A stretch of DNA of 63,989 nucleotides, counting the filler, from Octopus bimaculoides (Eukaryota): the NCBI RefSeq assembly GCF_001194135.2. It is 5 parts of 5 records of this genome, joined end to end, with 100 filler letters (N's around TTAATTAATTAA, not from the genome) between each part and the next. Parts side by side here need not be neighbours in the genome. Positions count along the whole stretch, not along the records: positions 1 to 30,403 come from NC_069008.1; positions 30,504 to 49,564 come from NC_069007.1; 3 more parts are not named here. One strand, written 5' to 3'. The translations under genes were made by a program, and so were the position numbers. Position 1 is the first letter of the stretch; every line of letters starts with the position of its first letter. Below are positions 23,010-34,344 of this stretch, one piece after another. Below the pieces are notes generated by a model. That model ran no database searches and had not been told where the DNA came from. It worked only from the letters and a program-made list of their open reading frames with translations.

Positions 23010-23650
23010 ATCCACCCTACGATGTCCCTCAAAAATAAACACCACGTTGGGGCTACAAGATAATGCATGATAAATTCAAAACAATGTGAATAAATAAGCA
23101 TTACATCTGACAAAATAACCTGAATGCTTTAAGGGTTCTGAATGCCAGATCCAACCTCTCACACCTACCCTACAATATTCTAAAAATAAATATCACATCA
23201 TTGAAATCTGAAAGCTGTGAGATAATACACAGTTAATTCAAAGCGATGTGAATAAATAAGCTTCACATTTGACAGAGAAATCTGACTGTTAAAGGGTTGA
23301 TATTTAAACTGGCTGTATCCAGCATCTCACACCTACCCTGCAATGTCCTTCTAAAAAGAATAAACAAGCGTATCATTGAAATCTCAAAGCTATGAGATAA
23401 TACACGATTAATTCTAAGCAATGTGAATAAACAAATGTTACACTTGACAGAGCAATCTGAATGCTAAACGGTTAATATTTAAACTGGCTGTGTCCAGCCT
23501 CTCACACCTACCCTGCAATGTCCTTCTAAAAAGAATAAACAAGCGTATCATTGAAAACTCAAAGCTATGAGATAATACATGATTAATTCTAAGCAATGTG
23601 AATAAATAAGCATTACATTTGACAGAGCAATCTGAAAGCTAAAGGGCTTA
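23010..23650. repeat. Tandem array of about four 170-190-bp units derived from a piggyBac-like MITE
   Basis: Repeated ctctcacacctaccc...aaagctatgagataatacac...gtgaataaataagc...atgctaaagggtt; homologous to the single element at 32329-32546. Confidence 0.75.
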
Positions 23651-24284
23651 AGAAACTGATACCGTTTTCCCTTAATCTGCAAAAAAAAACTTTGAAAAAA
23701 CCACTTGTAAATTTCCTGTTAAGTAATATATAGTCTTACATTCATTTAATTGTCGCTGCCCCTGATGTAAGGTTTTGGTTGAGAATTTTTATTCAAGTCT
23801 ACCCTGAAAGAGTAAAGAACTAGCAAGGCAGTTTCCATTAAGTGACTTGCTAAAAATGTTCATACAATTCCACATATACTTGGTAAAGGGTATTACTGTA
23901 ATTTCACAGATGTTTTGCATTAATGGAATTAATAGATCAACCAAAATTTTTGCAACAAGGGTAAGAATAAGAAACATAAATGGAATTTCTATTTAAGATT
24001 ATATAATATCCATGTTCTCTGCCAGAATGAAGTGAGACTAATTTAAGAAATACCTCGGCTTCGTTCGTATGAACATTCAAGCTAAACATGGATTATATTG
24101 GAAATCTGTCCTGTTTTTATTTCTACATTTATGAATTAAAGGTATAACATTCTATCTTAAAATGCTTTTTCTGATGTTGTAGCTATTGAGTGTGGCCCAA
24201 GATACTTTTAACTGTTTTACTGTGGAAATCAGATTTCTGATTTGAGGGAGATTTGGCTGCTGTTTCTAGTTCCGATTTGTGGCA

Positions 24285-25012
24285 CCTTAAGCAAGTGTCT
24301 TCTACTATTATAGCCTCAGGCCAACCAAAGCCTTGTGAGTGGATTTGGTAAACAGAAACTGAAAGAAGCCTGTTGTATATATGTATATATATTTATGTGT
24401 GTGGAGGCGCAATGGCCTAGTGATTAGGGCAGCGGACTCACAGTCATAGGATCGTGGTTTCGATTCCCAGATCGGGCGTTGTGAGTGTTTATTGAGCGAA
24501 AACACCTAAAGCTCCACGAGGCTCCGGCAGGAGATGGTGGTGAACCCTACTGTACTCTTCCATCACAACTTTCTCTCACTCTTATTTCCTGTTTCTGTTG
24601 TGCCTGTAATTCAAAGGGGCCAGTTTTATCACACTGTGTCACGCTGAATATCCCCGAGAACTACGTTAAGGGTAAACATGTCTGTGGAGTGCTCAGCCAC
24701 TTGCACGTTAATTTCACGAGCAGGCTGTTCCGTTGATCAGATCAACTGGAACCCTCGACGTCGTAAGCGACAGAGTGCCAACAATATATATTTATGTGTG
24801 TGTGTCTTCTTGTCTTTGTTTGTCTTCCCACCATCGCTTGACAACCGATGCTGGTGTATTTACGTCACTGTAACTTAGTGGTTTGGCAAAAGAGACTGAT
24901 AGAATAAGTACCAGGCTTACAAAGAATAAATCCTGGGGGTCAATTTCTTCGACAAAAGACCCTTCAAGGTGGTGCACCAGCATGGCCGCAGTGACATGAA
25001 TGAAACAATTAA
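24285..25012 (+). mobile_element. Family-A SINE interrupted by a full-length family-B SINE (24401-24784)
   Basis: A-type 5' body ends in (TA)n/(TG)n, then a complete B copy, then the A-type 3' half resumes near 24790. Confidence 0.8.
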
Positions 25013-25625
25013 AAGAATAAAAAAAATAACCCTTTTACTGCGGAAACCAGATCTATCCATTCAAAATTACATCACCATTAACTGCAGAAAGTAGTTCAAT
25101 AAACCAATCTATCTTTTGTTGGGGATTGTCACGTTTGGAACTATATTCTGTTGAGAAATATCAAGTTTATAGACTTGCAGAAGAAATCCAATTCTATGTT
25201 TTGGTAGTTATTTGACATCATTACTTGAATAACCATGAAATTAAATTTCACAAGAGTGCCTAAAGTGAGGGGTTCTTCAAACGTAAAGAATTCCAGGTGT
25301 ACCCATTCAAGATTTCATTATTGTTACCTGAGAGTTCCCTTTTTAGGTACATCTACTTAAAATTTCATTACCCTTAACTGCAGATAGGAGTTTTATTTAC
25401 CAATCTGTCTTTTGTTGAGGAACGTCAACGTTTGAGACTTACATTTTGTTGAGATATGTCAAGTTTAATTGAGGCAATGTGGGTTGCAGAAAACACCAAT
25501 GTTATGTTTTGGTAGATTTTAGCATTATTATTGAAATAACCATGAAATTTAATTCCTCAGTTGAGGGTTAAGCGTGCCTGAAGTCAGAAGCTTGATGGAT
25601 ATTTGTCCTCATCTTGTTTGCTGTT

Positions 25626-25671
25626 AACACAACGTTTCGGCTGATATACCCTCCAGCCTTCATCAGGTGTC
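25626..25671 (-). ncRNA. Minimal type-I hammerhead ribozyme motif in SINE-C tail (best-preserved copy)
   Basis: GACAC-CUGAUGA-A-GGCUG(gagggtatat)CAGCC-GAAAC-GUU-GUGUU: stem I GACAC/GUGUU, stem II, palindromic AACGUU in place of stem III. Confidence 0.6.
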
Positions 25672-25975
25672 TTGGGGGAAATTTCAAACCTGGGTTCTCA
25701 TTCCTAAGGTATTTTTCGATGTTATTTATTATTATTATTATTTCTTTACTGCCCACAAGGGGCTACACACAGAGGGGACAAACAAGGACAGACAAATGAA
25801 TTAAGTCAATTATATCGACCCCAGTGCGTAACTGGTACTTATTTAATCGACCCCAAAAGGATGAAAGGAAAAGTCGATCTTGGCGGCATTTGAACTCATA
25901 ACGTAGCGGCAGACGAAATACCACTAAGCATTTTGCCCGGCATGCTAACGTTTCTGCCAGCTCACTGCCTTGTAT

Positions 25976-26014
<39 letters not shown>

Positions 26015-26337
26015 CACTATTATTATTCAGCTGTAGAAACTCTGCCAAATCAGATTGGAGCCTGGTGTAGCCATCTGGTTTCACCAGTCCTCAGTGAAAT
26101 CGTCCAACCCATGCTAGCATGGAAAGCGGACGTTAAACGATGATGATGGTGATGATGAGGTCACTGCCTGGAATCGAACTCGGAATCTTGGGGTTAGTAG
26201 CCCGCGCTCTTAACCACCACGCCATAATGCCCCACGGCAATGTAGAACTGAAATGAAACTTCGGGGTCCCAATTCAAGAAATTTCAGCATATGTGTATGT
26301 GTGTGGGTGTGCGTGTGTGCATGCACAACACACACAC

Positions 26338-26371
<34 letters not shown>

Positions 26372-27133
26372 GCTCAACAATTATTTTAAATTTTTTTTTT
26401 TTTTTTTTAAATTTTTTTTTTTACAGATAAACAGGACATCTACTTCACACATATTACTGAAATAAAAATATAATATATTTGGTCTATTTTTCTCTGAAAA
26501 AAAAAATGTTTTAAAATAATTGAACATACACACACACACAGAGAAACTTATATATATATATCTATATATATATATATATATATATACTCACACATGCGCG
26601 TATGTATGTCTGTGTGTAGGCTCACGTAAACACATAGTAATAGATGCGTATAGTGACACACGGGCAGAACAGATTTAAACGAAGTCCCCAAAGACAGAAT
26701 CAAACAAACCCACGCCCTACATTTAAAGACCCTCATGTGTTAAACATAACCGACTGATCTGTCAGGGCAATAAATTTCGAAACTACCCTCAGAAGGTTTG
26801 CTTCCTTTCTTTTTTTCTCTGTTGTTTTGAAACTTTCCAAAATACTACTACTACTACTACTACTACTACGACCACTACTACTGCCACTACTACTACTGCC
26901 ACTACTACTTCTACTACTACCAACACCACCACCACTACCACCATCACCACTACTGCTGCTATTACTACTACTGCTGCTGCTGCTGCTACTACTACCACCA
27001 CCACCACTACTGCTGCTACTACTACTACTGCTGCCACTGCTGCTACTACTACTGCTACTGCTACTGCTGCTACTACTACTACTACTATTACTATCTGCGC
27101 CACCACCAGCACCACCACTGTCACCACTACCAT

Positions 27134-27174
<41 letters not shown>

Positions 27175-27330
27175 TATAACCACGATCACTGCCACCGCTG
27201 CCTCTGCTACTTCTTCTACTATCACAACTACCCCCACCACCCCCACCGAGACCAAGGCTGGTTGAAACCACATGATCTGGTGGTCTTGGCACTGGAGATG
27301 GCAGAGATTTTTCTCCCGGCTAGTGATATA

Positions 27331-27870
27331 TCAGGTCATCCCATAAGTTCTGTCCGAATTTTGAATAAAGAAAACAAGTGATCAAATGTTATATTTAATT
27401 GAAATTTAATCATCAATGTACTTTCCCTGATTATCTATGACTTCCTTCCATCGATTTACAAGCTTTTTAATCCCATCAATGTAAAACTCTTTTCGTTTCA
27501 AAGCGAAGAACTCTGAAATGTCAGTTTCGACCCCCTCCTGGCTTGCGAAAGTTATGTCCCCCACATGAGTCTATAAACTACGAAACAAATGGGAGTCTGA
27601 AAGATCAATGTTGGGAGAATAAGGTGGATGAGGAATTTTTTCCCAGCCAAGCTCTTCGATCTTCTGTGATGTGATCTTTGCAGTGTGGGTTCATGCATTG
27701 TCCTGACGAAACATCACTCCTTTTTGATTCACTAAAGCGGGTCTTTTTCCCTTCAAAGCTTGGTTCAAACGCTCTAATTGCTGACAGTAGACTTGAGCAT
27801 TGATTGTTGCATTAGGTGGTAACAATTCAAAGGGAATTACTCCTTTGCAATCCCACCAGACGCCTGCGCT
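27331..27870 (-). pseudogene. Mariner transposase C-terminal relic with right TIR
   Basis: VWWDCKGVIPFELLPPNATINAQVYCQQLERL...QDNA*THTA...LGWEKIPHPPYSPNIDLSDSHLF...; TA then tcaggtcatcccataagttctgtccg terminus. Confidence 0.88.
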
Positions 27871-29879
27871 TGTTCTAGCACTATTGTTCTATATATTGCT
27901 GGTGGGGGAGATGAGTCGTTGTTATCTCAAGCGGTCGAGTGCCTGTCATTGCTGAGACCAAAGAAGGTCGAAATCACATGATCCGGTGGTGACAGGGACT
28001 TATCTTCCTGCAAGCAATATAAACAAGAGTGTATTTTGCACCAAAAAGCCAATATGGCAGTTTCTCTCGTGACATCTACCACAGTATAGCTTGTTCTAAA
28101 AGAACATCCACATTTAAATGGGGATAAATATTACCTTTGGGTATTAATTCTGTCCCTGTCACTAATAAATCTCTCTTAAAGGGCTTTATTCCCCTTGCAG
28201 GACCAGGACTGATCGAAGAGAACCTATGATCAAGGTTGTTCCAATTATGATTATCCAGACTTTATTCTTTTTGGAATATATAGGTGCAGGTGTGGCTGTG
28301 TGCAAGTTTGTTGCCGAGCGGCAAAAGAGGGACCGATAGAATAAGTACTAGGCTTACATAGAATAAGTCCTGGGGTCGATTTGCTCGACTAAAAGGTGGT
28401 GCTCCAGCACGGCCACAGTCAAATGACTGAAACAAGTAAAAGAGTAAAAAAGTACATACATACATAAACAGAGCGAGAGGGTAACAGAGAAGGAGAGACA
28501 CGTCTGTATACGAGGTATACGAAGTTAGAAAGTCTTTCGGTACCAAAAACACTACATAAAACATAAATGAAAACTGGTGCCCCCGTTTTGAACAAGATCC
28601 TACGTCTGTATGAGTGTTTGTGTGAGTCCCGTATTTTTCTCATTTCTGGCTGGGTCGAATGGTGACAGCGATAATGGCGGTTGGTGGCGGGTTTTCTATT
28701 TNNNNNNNNNNNNNNNNNNNNNNNNNNNNNNNNNNNNNNNNNNNNNNNNNNNNNNNNNNNNNNNNNNNNNNNNNNNNNNNNNNNNNNNNNNNNNNNNNNN
28801 NNNNNNNNNNNNNNNNNNNNNNNNNNNNNNNNNNNNNNNNNNNNNNNNNNNNNNNNNNNNNNNNNNNNNNNNNNNNNNNNNNNNNNNNNNNNNNNNNNNN
28901 NNNNNNNNNNNNNNNNNNNNNNNNNNNNNNNNNNNNNNNNNNNNNNNNNNNNNNNNNNNNNNNNNNNNNNNNNNNNNNNNNNNNNNNNNNNNNNNNNNNN
29001 NNNNNNNNNNNNNNNNNNNNNNNNNNNNNNNNNNNNNNNNNNNNNNNNNNNNNNNNNNNNNNNNNNNNNNNNNNNNNNNNNNNNNNNNNNNNNNNNNNNN
29101 NNNNNNNNNNNNNNNNNNNNNNNNNNNNNNNNNNNNNNNNNNNNNNNNNNNNNNNNNNNNNNNNNNNNNNNNNNNNNNNNNNNNNNNNNNNNNNNNNNNN
29201 NNNNNNNNNNNNNNNNNNNNNNNNNNNNNNNNNNNNNNNNNNNNNNNNNNNNNNNNNNNNNNNNNNNNNNNNNNNNNNNNNNNNNNNNNNNNNNNNNNNN
29301 NNNNNNNNNNNNNNNNNNNNNNNNNNNNNNNNNNNNNNNNNCACCACTGCTACCACCACCACCACCACCACTACCACCACCACCACCACCACCACTACTA
29401 CAAAAGCCCCCCCCATCACATCGTAAACATCACCATCGTTTACTTACTTCCCCAACATCAACACACCATTACAAACACATCATCTCACGTTACCGCCATA
29501 AAAACAAACAAACAAAAAAAAAAGAAAAACCTACTTATCACTAACTATATGAACCAACGAGGGAGCGAGCCTCTTTCATTACAAGGTAACTAGACCTGGT
29601 AGATATAGCAGACAAATCTCCCTCAAATAACCTCGTGTGTGTGTGTGTGTTTGTATCTATCTGTATGTCTGTCAATCTATCAAACTACCTATGTATTTAT
29701 CTCTCTGTCTGTCTGTCTGTCTCTCTCTCTATCTATCTATGTGTGTGTCCACAATCGACTCCTAGTACTTATTTTTTAAAAGCCTGGTACTTATTCCATC
29801 AGTCTCTTTTGTCGAAATGCTAAGTTACAGGGACAGAAACACAACCAACAGCGGTTGTCAAGTGGTGTCAGGGACAAAG

Positions 29880-29919
<40 letters not shown>

Positions 29920-30007
29920 CAATTCAAAGAAACGAATGTTGAAATTAACGGACAACATGAGGGCATGCGCAAGAAATGAATCAGCTTGACGCTCGGTGAA
30001 AGGAGAA

Positions 30008-30044
30008 ATTTTGACGTTTCGAGCATAGCTCTTCGTCGGAAAGG
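30008..30044 (-). ncRNA. Hammerhead-like motif in a Penelope-type repeat end (core variant)
   Basis: ttt-CCGACGA-A-GAGC(tat)GCTC-GAAAC-GUC-aaa; U4 is C and stem I is weak. Confidence 0.4.
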
Positions 30045-30118
30045 AGAAAGCGAAAATTCCAAAGAAGGAAAAGAAATCGCCAACAGCACCTGTGTATGTA
30101 TGTATGTATGTATGTATG

Positions 30119-30149
<31 letters not shown>

Positions 30150-30403
30150 TTATACTTGGAAATGGATGCGTCGCGTTCAATCATATAATAATATAAATAA
30201 AATATATATATAGGCATGCAGGGCAGAATTCGTGACAGACGAACTGTAGTCAGAAACTTCGTTGCGGGCTAGCTAGGAAGTTGACCAGCAGCATAAAAGG
30301 GACTTCCGAGAGGAGAAGTAAAAGACAAAAGAATGTCAACAGCGAATGTGAAACGAATCTGAATGAACTAAACAGAAATAACTGGCGACTTAAGCCCTGA
30401 TGT

Positions 30404-30503
30404 NNNNNNNNNNNNNNNNNNNNNNNNNNNNNNNNNNNNNNNNNNNNTTAATTAATTAANNNNNNNNNNNNNNNNNNNNNNNNNNNNNNNNNNNNNNNNN
30501 NNN
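30404..30503. other. Artificial scaffold join (44 N + TTAATTAATTAA + 44 N)
   Basis: Identical 100-bp layout at four sites; the 12-mer gives stops in all six frames. Confidence 0.9.
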
Positions 30504-30520
30504 GTGTGCTCTTCCGATCT
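30504..30520 (+). other. Illumina adapter remnant
   Basis: GTGTGCTCTTCCGATCT at a contig end is the 3' end of the TruSeq read-2 primer/adapter. Confidence 0.9.
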
Positions 30521-31064
30521 GAAAGAGGTAAGTTAAGAAATTTAATACATATAATGTACATACTTGTGTCTGGTTTTATATATATGTATATGTATGTTTG
30601 TGTGTCTGTGTTTGTCCCCCCACCATCATTTGACAACTGATGGTGGTATGTTTACATACCTGTAACTTAGCAGTTCGGCAAAAGAAACCGATAGAATAAG
30701 TACTAGGCATACAAAGAATAAGTCCTGGGGTCGATTAGCTCGACTAAAGGCGGTGCTCCAGCATGGCCGCAGTCAAATGACTGAAACAAGTAAAAGAGTA
30801 AAAGAGTGCTGATTCTACCAGTTTGTCATTTCTTGTAAGAATTACTAACTTTTTGGAATGGCATGAAAGCTACAACTTGCAATTTCTATTAAGTAGGAAG
30901 ATTTTATGTAGTCGTTCAACCTGCTGATCATAGCAACCAAATCTCCTTTAGTTCTGGAGGGAGGTCATGGATAGACTGGTCAGGGTCAATACATTCATAC
31001 AACAATGTTATCATGTCTAATTAAAACAATCAACCTCAATTATTTCTTTCTCATCTTATGGCAG

Positions 31065-31168
31065 ATTGGTGATGAAAATGGACAAATTTCAGCACAAATG
31101 AATCTCGCAGACTTAAGGAATTTATTAGGAATTGTAGATAGTAGCAAACATTTGGCCAAAGACAACAG
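31065..31168 (+). CDS. GPSM2: GPSM2/Pins-like exon, end of the TPR region
   Basis: cttatggcag/ATT...AACAG/gtaagt, phase 0-2; IGDENGQISAQMNLADLRNLLG resembles the LGN/AGS3 GD..G...A..NL.DL...LG segment. Confidence 0.8.
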
Positions 31169-31264
31169 GTAAGTAATAGAGTTAATATTATAATATTTTC
31201 TAATTAATTATTTAATAATTAATATTTCTCTTGTAAATCTGCTTCAGATATCTTCAAACAATGT

Positions 31265-31339
31265 CTCTCTTGTATACCTGTAAATCACCTGTGATTGATT
31301 TTCAATCAATCACAGGTGATATACAGGTATACAAGAGAG
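31265..31339. repeat. 36-bp-stem intronic hairpin with a duplicated right arm (31391-31426)
   Basis: ctctcttgtatacctgtaaatcacctgtgattgatt / ttc / aatcaatcacaggtgatatacaggtatacaagagag. Confidence 0.9.
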
Positions 31340-31625
31340 TTTTAATGTGGGCACTCTTCCACAAGAGAATTTTAATGTGGGCACTCTTCCAATCAATCAC
31401 AGGTGATTTACAGGTATACAAGAGAGTTTTTATGTGGACACTCTTACACCCAGGTGGCTTACGGTCAATCATTACATGAGGATGTCAGCTATAAAAACTT
31501 TCTATGGCACCAATTCCTATGAGTCTCCCTAGTTTTCTTGACTTTCTCATTAGTTTTGTAGAACTGCACTAAAATCCTTTTGTTCTCTCTGTCATTTCGT
31601 CTTTGTCATTTTTTTTTTCTTCCAG

Positions 31626-31684
31626 TAAGAAGTCTGAAAGAAATGGTCTCTCAAACAGCACTGCTGAAGATGATAAAAATAATG
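31626..31684 (+). CDS. GPSM2: GPSM2/Pins-like linker exon (59 nt)
   Basis: ttttttttcttccag/T...AATG/gtaaga, phase 2-1; SKKSERNGLSNSTAEDDKNNG; needed to keep the frame between its neighbours. Confidence 0.72.
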
Positions 31685-31871
31685 GTAAGATCAAAGTTTG
31701 TCTTCAAATATAAAGCTGGGGGATGGGTTGTAGAAGAAGGTCACTTCACGACAAAGCAGTTTGACCTTTGCCTCTTGACATCTGTTATTTTATCTGAATG
31801 TTATAAAAAAATGTTTTATTTTTGCTCTAAATTTTAAGAATTTGTTTGTCTTTCTCTTTTGTACATTCCAG

Positions 31872-31957
31872 GGCTCAAAACTTTCAGAACTCGGCGTTTT
31901 AGCATGGAGAATATGGAGCTGATGAAGTTAACACCAGACAACAAGGCCAATGCGAAG
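31872..31957 (+). CDS. GPSM2: GPSM2/Pins-like linker exon containing the conserved RRxSME motif
   Basis: acattccag/GG...GCGAAG/gtacgc, phase 1-0; LKTFRTRRFSMENMELMKLTPD matches LGN RRHSMENMELMKLTP. Confidence 0.9.
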
Positions 31958-32328
31958 GTACGCATCGCTCTATTCACTGCCCTCATCTGTAACAACTTCA
32001 GAATCGATAGGTTCCCAGTTCAACTCTAACCTTAGATTCACTTATTCTCTTTTCTTTAGTCTCTTTCCTTGAGAGGCTCAGATTAAAATATCTCCACAGT
32101 ATTTGTTCTAGCTCACTGTGCTCTGAGTTCAAATCCTGCCCAGGCTAATTTTGTATTTGATTCTTTTGGTGGGGTTCATAAAATACTAAACCAAATCAAG
32201 GGCCCATTCTTTTCTATGTCTCTTATCAGATAATGGAGAGAGATGGGGCTTTTCTAAGTTTAGATAGCCATGCTACATCATATGCCCTTATGCTGCCCTT
32301 TGGAGTGGGGGGGGGGGCAATTTGACAT

Positions 32329-32546
32329 TTGACCCTTTAGCATTCAGATTACTTTGTCAAATGTTATGCTAATTTATTCAGATTTTTAAAAATTAATCCA
32401 GTGTTATCTTGTAGCTTTGAAATTTCAATGATGTGATTGTTTGTTTTTAGAATTACATTGCAGGGTTGGTGTGAGAGGTTGGATCTGGCCAGTTTGAACA
32501 TAAAACAGTTAGAATGTTTGGGCCGCTTTAAATGCTAATGGGTTAA
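32329..32546. mobile_element. piggyBac-like MITE, third family
   Basis: ttga/CCCTTTAGCATT...AATGCTAATGGG/TTAA. Confidence 0.6.
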
Positions 32547-32639
32547 GTAATTCCAAAGAATTTGGGGAGCAGAAACACAAAAACGAATATCAGCAGAAAC
32601 TAAACAGCCATGTGTAACCATAGTTTGTTTCCATTGTAG

Positions 32640-32822
32640 CAAACTTCTCAATCCGATGCAGCTGGAGGAGACCGAAGTAGTGGCGCCAGACCCAAGACTG
32701 CTAAATTCCAGAGAGCAGCTACAGTTGCTACTGAAAATGCCTGTGATGGAAACCATCTTAGTATAAGACCTGTTGCTCGACCAAAGTCTGCTGAACTAAT
32801 CAGTGCTATTTCTCAAGAGAAG
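32640..32822 (+). CDS. GPSM2: GPSM2/Pins-like linker exon
   Basis: ccattgtag/CAA...GAGAAG/gtaggt, 183 nt, phase 0-0, open frame; no recognisable motif. Confidence 0.68.
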
Positions 32823-34015
32823 GTAGGTTAACACTAAACATGGTTTTTCTTTTTGTTAATTTATAATTTCCATTGTCATTTGGACAAGTATTGGGCCAGT
32901 CCTTCAAGTATTCATCATCGTCATTTAACGTCCACTTTTTCTTGCTTGCATGGGTCAGACATTGAGGCAGATTTTCTATGGTCAGATTCCTTTCTTGTTG
33001 CCAATCCTCATCTATTTCCTCACCTATTTCCAAGCAAACTAATATTTTCCTGTGGCCAGGCTCTTTCCTATGGCTCTTCACAGAAGACTGAAAACAAACA
33101 ACCTTGCTTTTTTTTATCAACTGTAAAAAGTAATTCTTTTAGTTTGTAAAGAAAACATGTCTTCAGAAGCAGCAACGACAGAGATTGGGATGTGTCACAG
33201 ACACAGTCACAGCCAATTGGTCAGGAAAGCATGTAGTTCCAGGTTCAGTCCTACTGTGTGGCACTTTGGGTGGGTTTTCTACTTACAAGACTTAGAAGGG
33301 GTTGGTCATTGGGTTAATCAATGCCTTATGAGTGGAACATGTACACATGTTAGAAACCTGAGGTATGTGTGTGTTCATATCTGTTCTATGTATTGGTTAG
33401 TTTTGTTTGAATTGTATTTCAATGGAAACTTATAACAAATATATGATGTGTGTGTGTGTGTGACCAGTGTATGAAGGATGTAAATGTCACTGAGAAGAAA
33501 AAAAAGAGAAGAAACAGGTGCTTTTCAAACAAAGTCCCCTGTTTATACTTGTTCTGCAACAAGTTACAGATACTCCCTTAGCATGCTGTTGCAGGAAATG
33601 CAGTGATTGGCTGATTGGAAATTTGTAAACAATGATGTCATTAATCACAAACTGTGGGAATTGTGGAAGCGGAATAAAAAGTTTGTTTCCCAACCCCTTG
33701 GCTTTGGATTCAACCCCACAGCATGGCGCCTTGGGCAAGTATTTTCTTCTATACCTTGATCAATGCCTTAGTGTGAATTCAGTAGACAGAAATTGTGTAG
33801 GAGCCCATTGTGTGTGTGTGTGTGCATGCATGCATTACTATCTCCCTGGTTTCAGGTCATGCAATAGTTGTAAATGAGTGTCACCGTCGTACAAGTGGTG
33901 TCCTTTCTTTCCAATCTTCTTCTCATTCAGCCAATCACAGTCTCTCTCTCTCTCTCATTCATCCAATCACAGTCTCTCACACTTTCTCTCTCTCTCTCTC
34001 TCTCTCTCCACACAG

Positions 34016-34205
34016 CCTTCTGAAGGTGGACCTGATGATGATGGATTTTTTGACTTGCTGTCCCGTACTCAGGGTCGAAGGATAGATGACCAGCGATGTT
34101 CGTTTCGAGTTCCAAAGAAGACTGGATCTACCGACTCAGACACGCCATCCTCCTCCTCTTCCTCTCACCACATGCCTAGTGTACCAGAAGTCCCTCGCAA
34201 GTCCT
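34016..34205 (+). CDS. GPSM2: GPSM2/Pins-like exon, GoLoco motif 1
   Basis: (CT)n cacacag/CCT...TCCT/gtaagt, phase 0-1; DDDGFFDLLSRTQGRRIDDQR. Confidence 0.93.
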
Positions 34206-34293
34206 GTAAGTATTAATTACATTTATTTCAATACAATGTTGTGTTTACATCTCTATACAAGGATATATAGGAATACATGAGTAAATGTATAAG

Positions 34294-34341
<48 letters not shown>

Positions 34342-34344
<3 letters not shown>

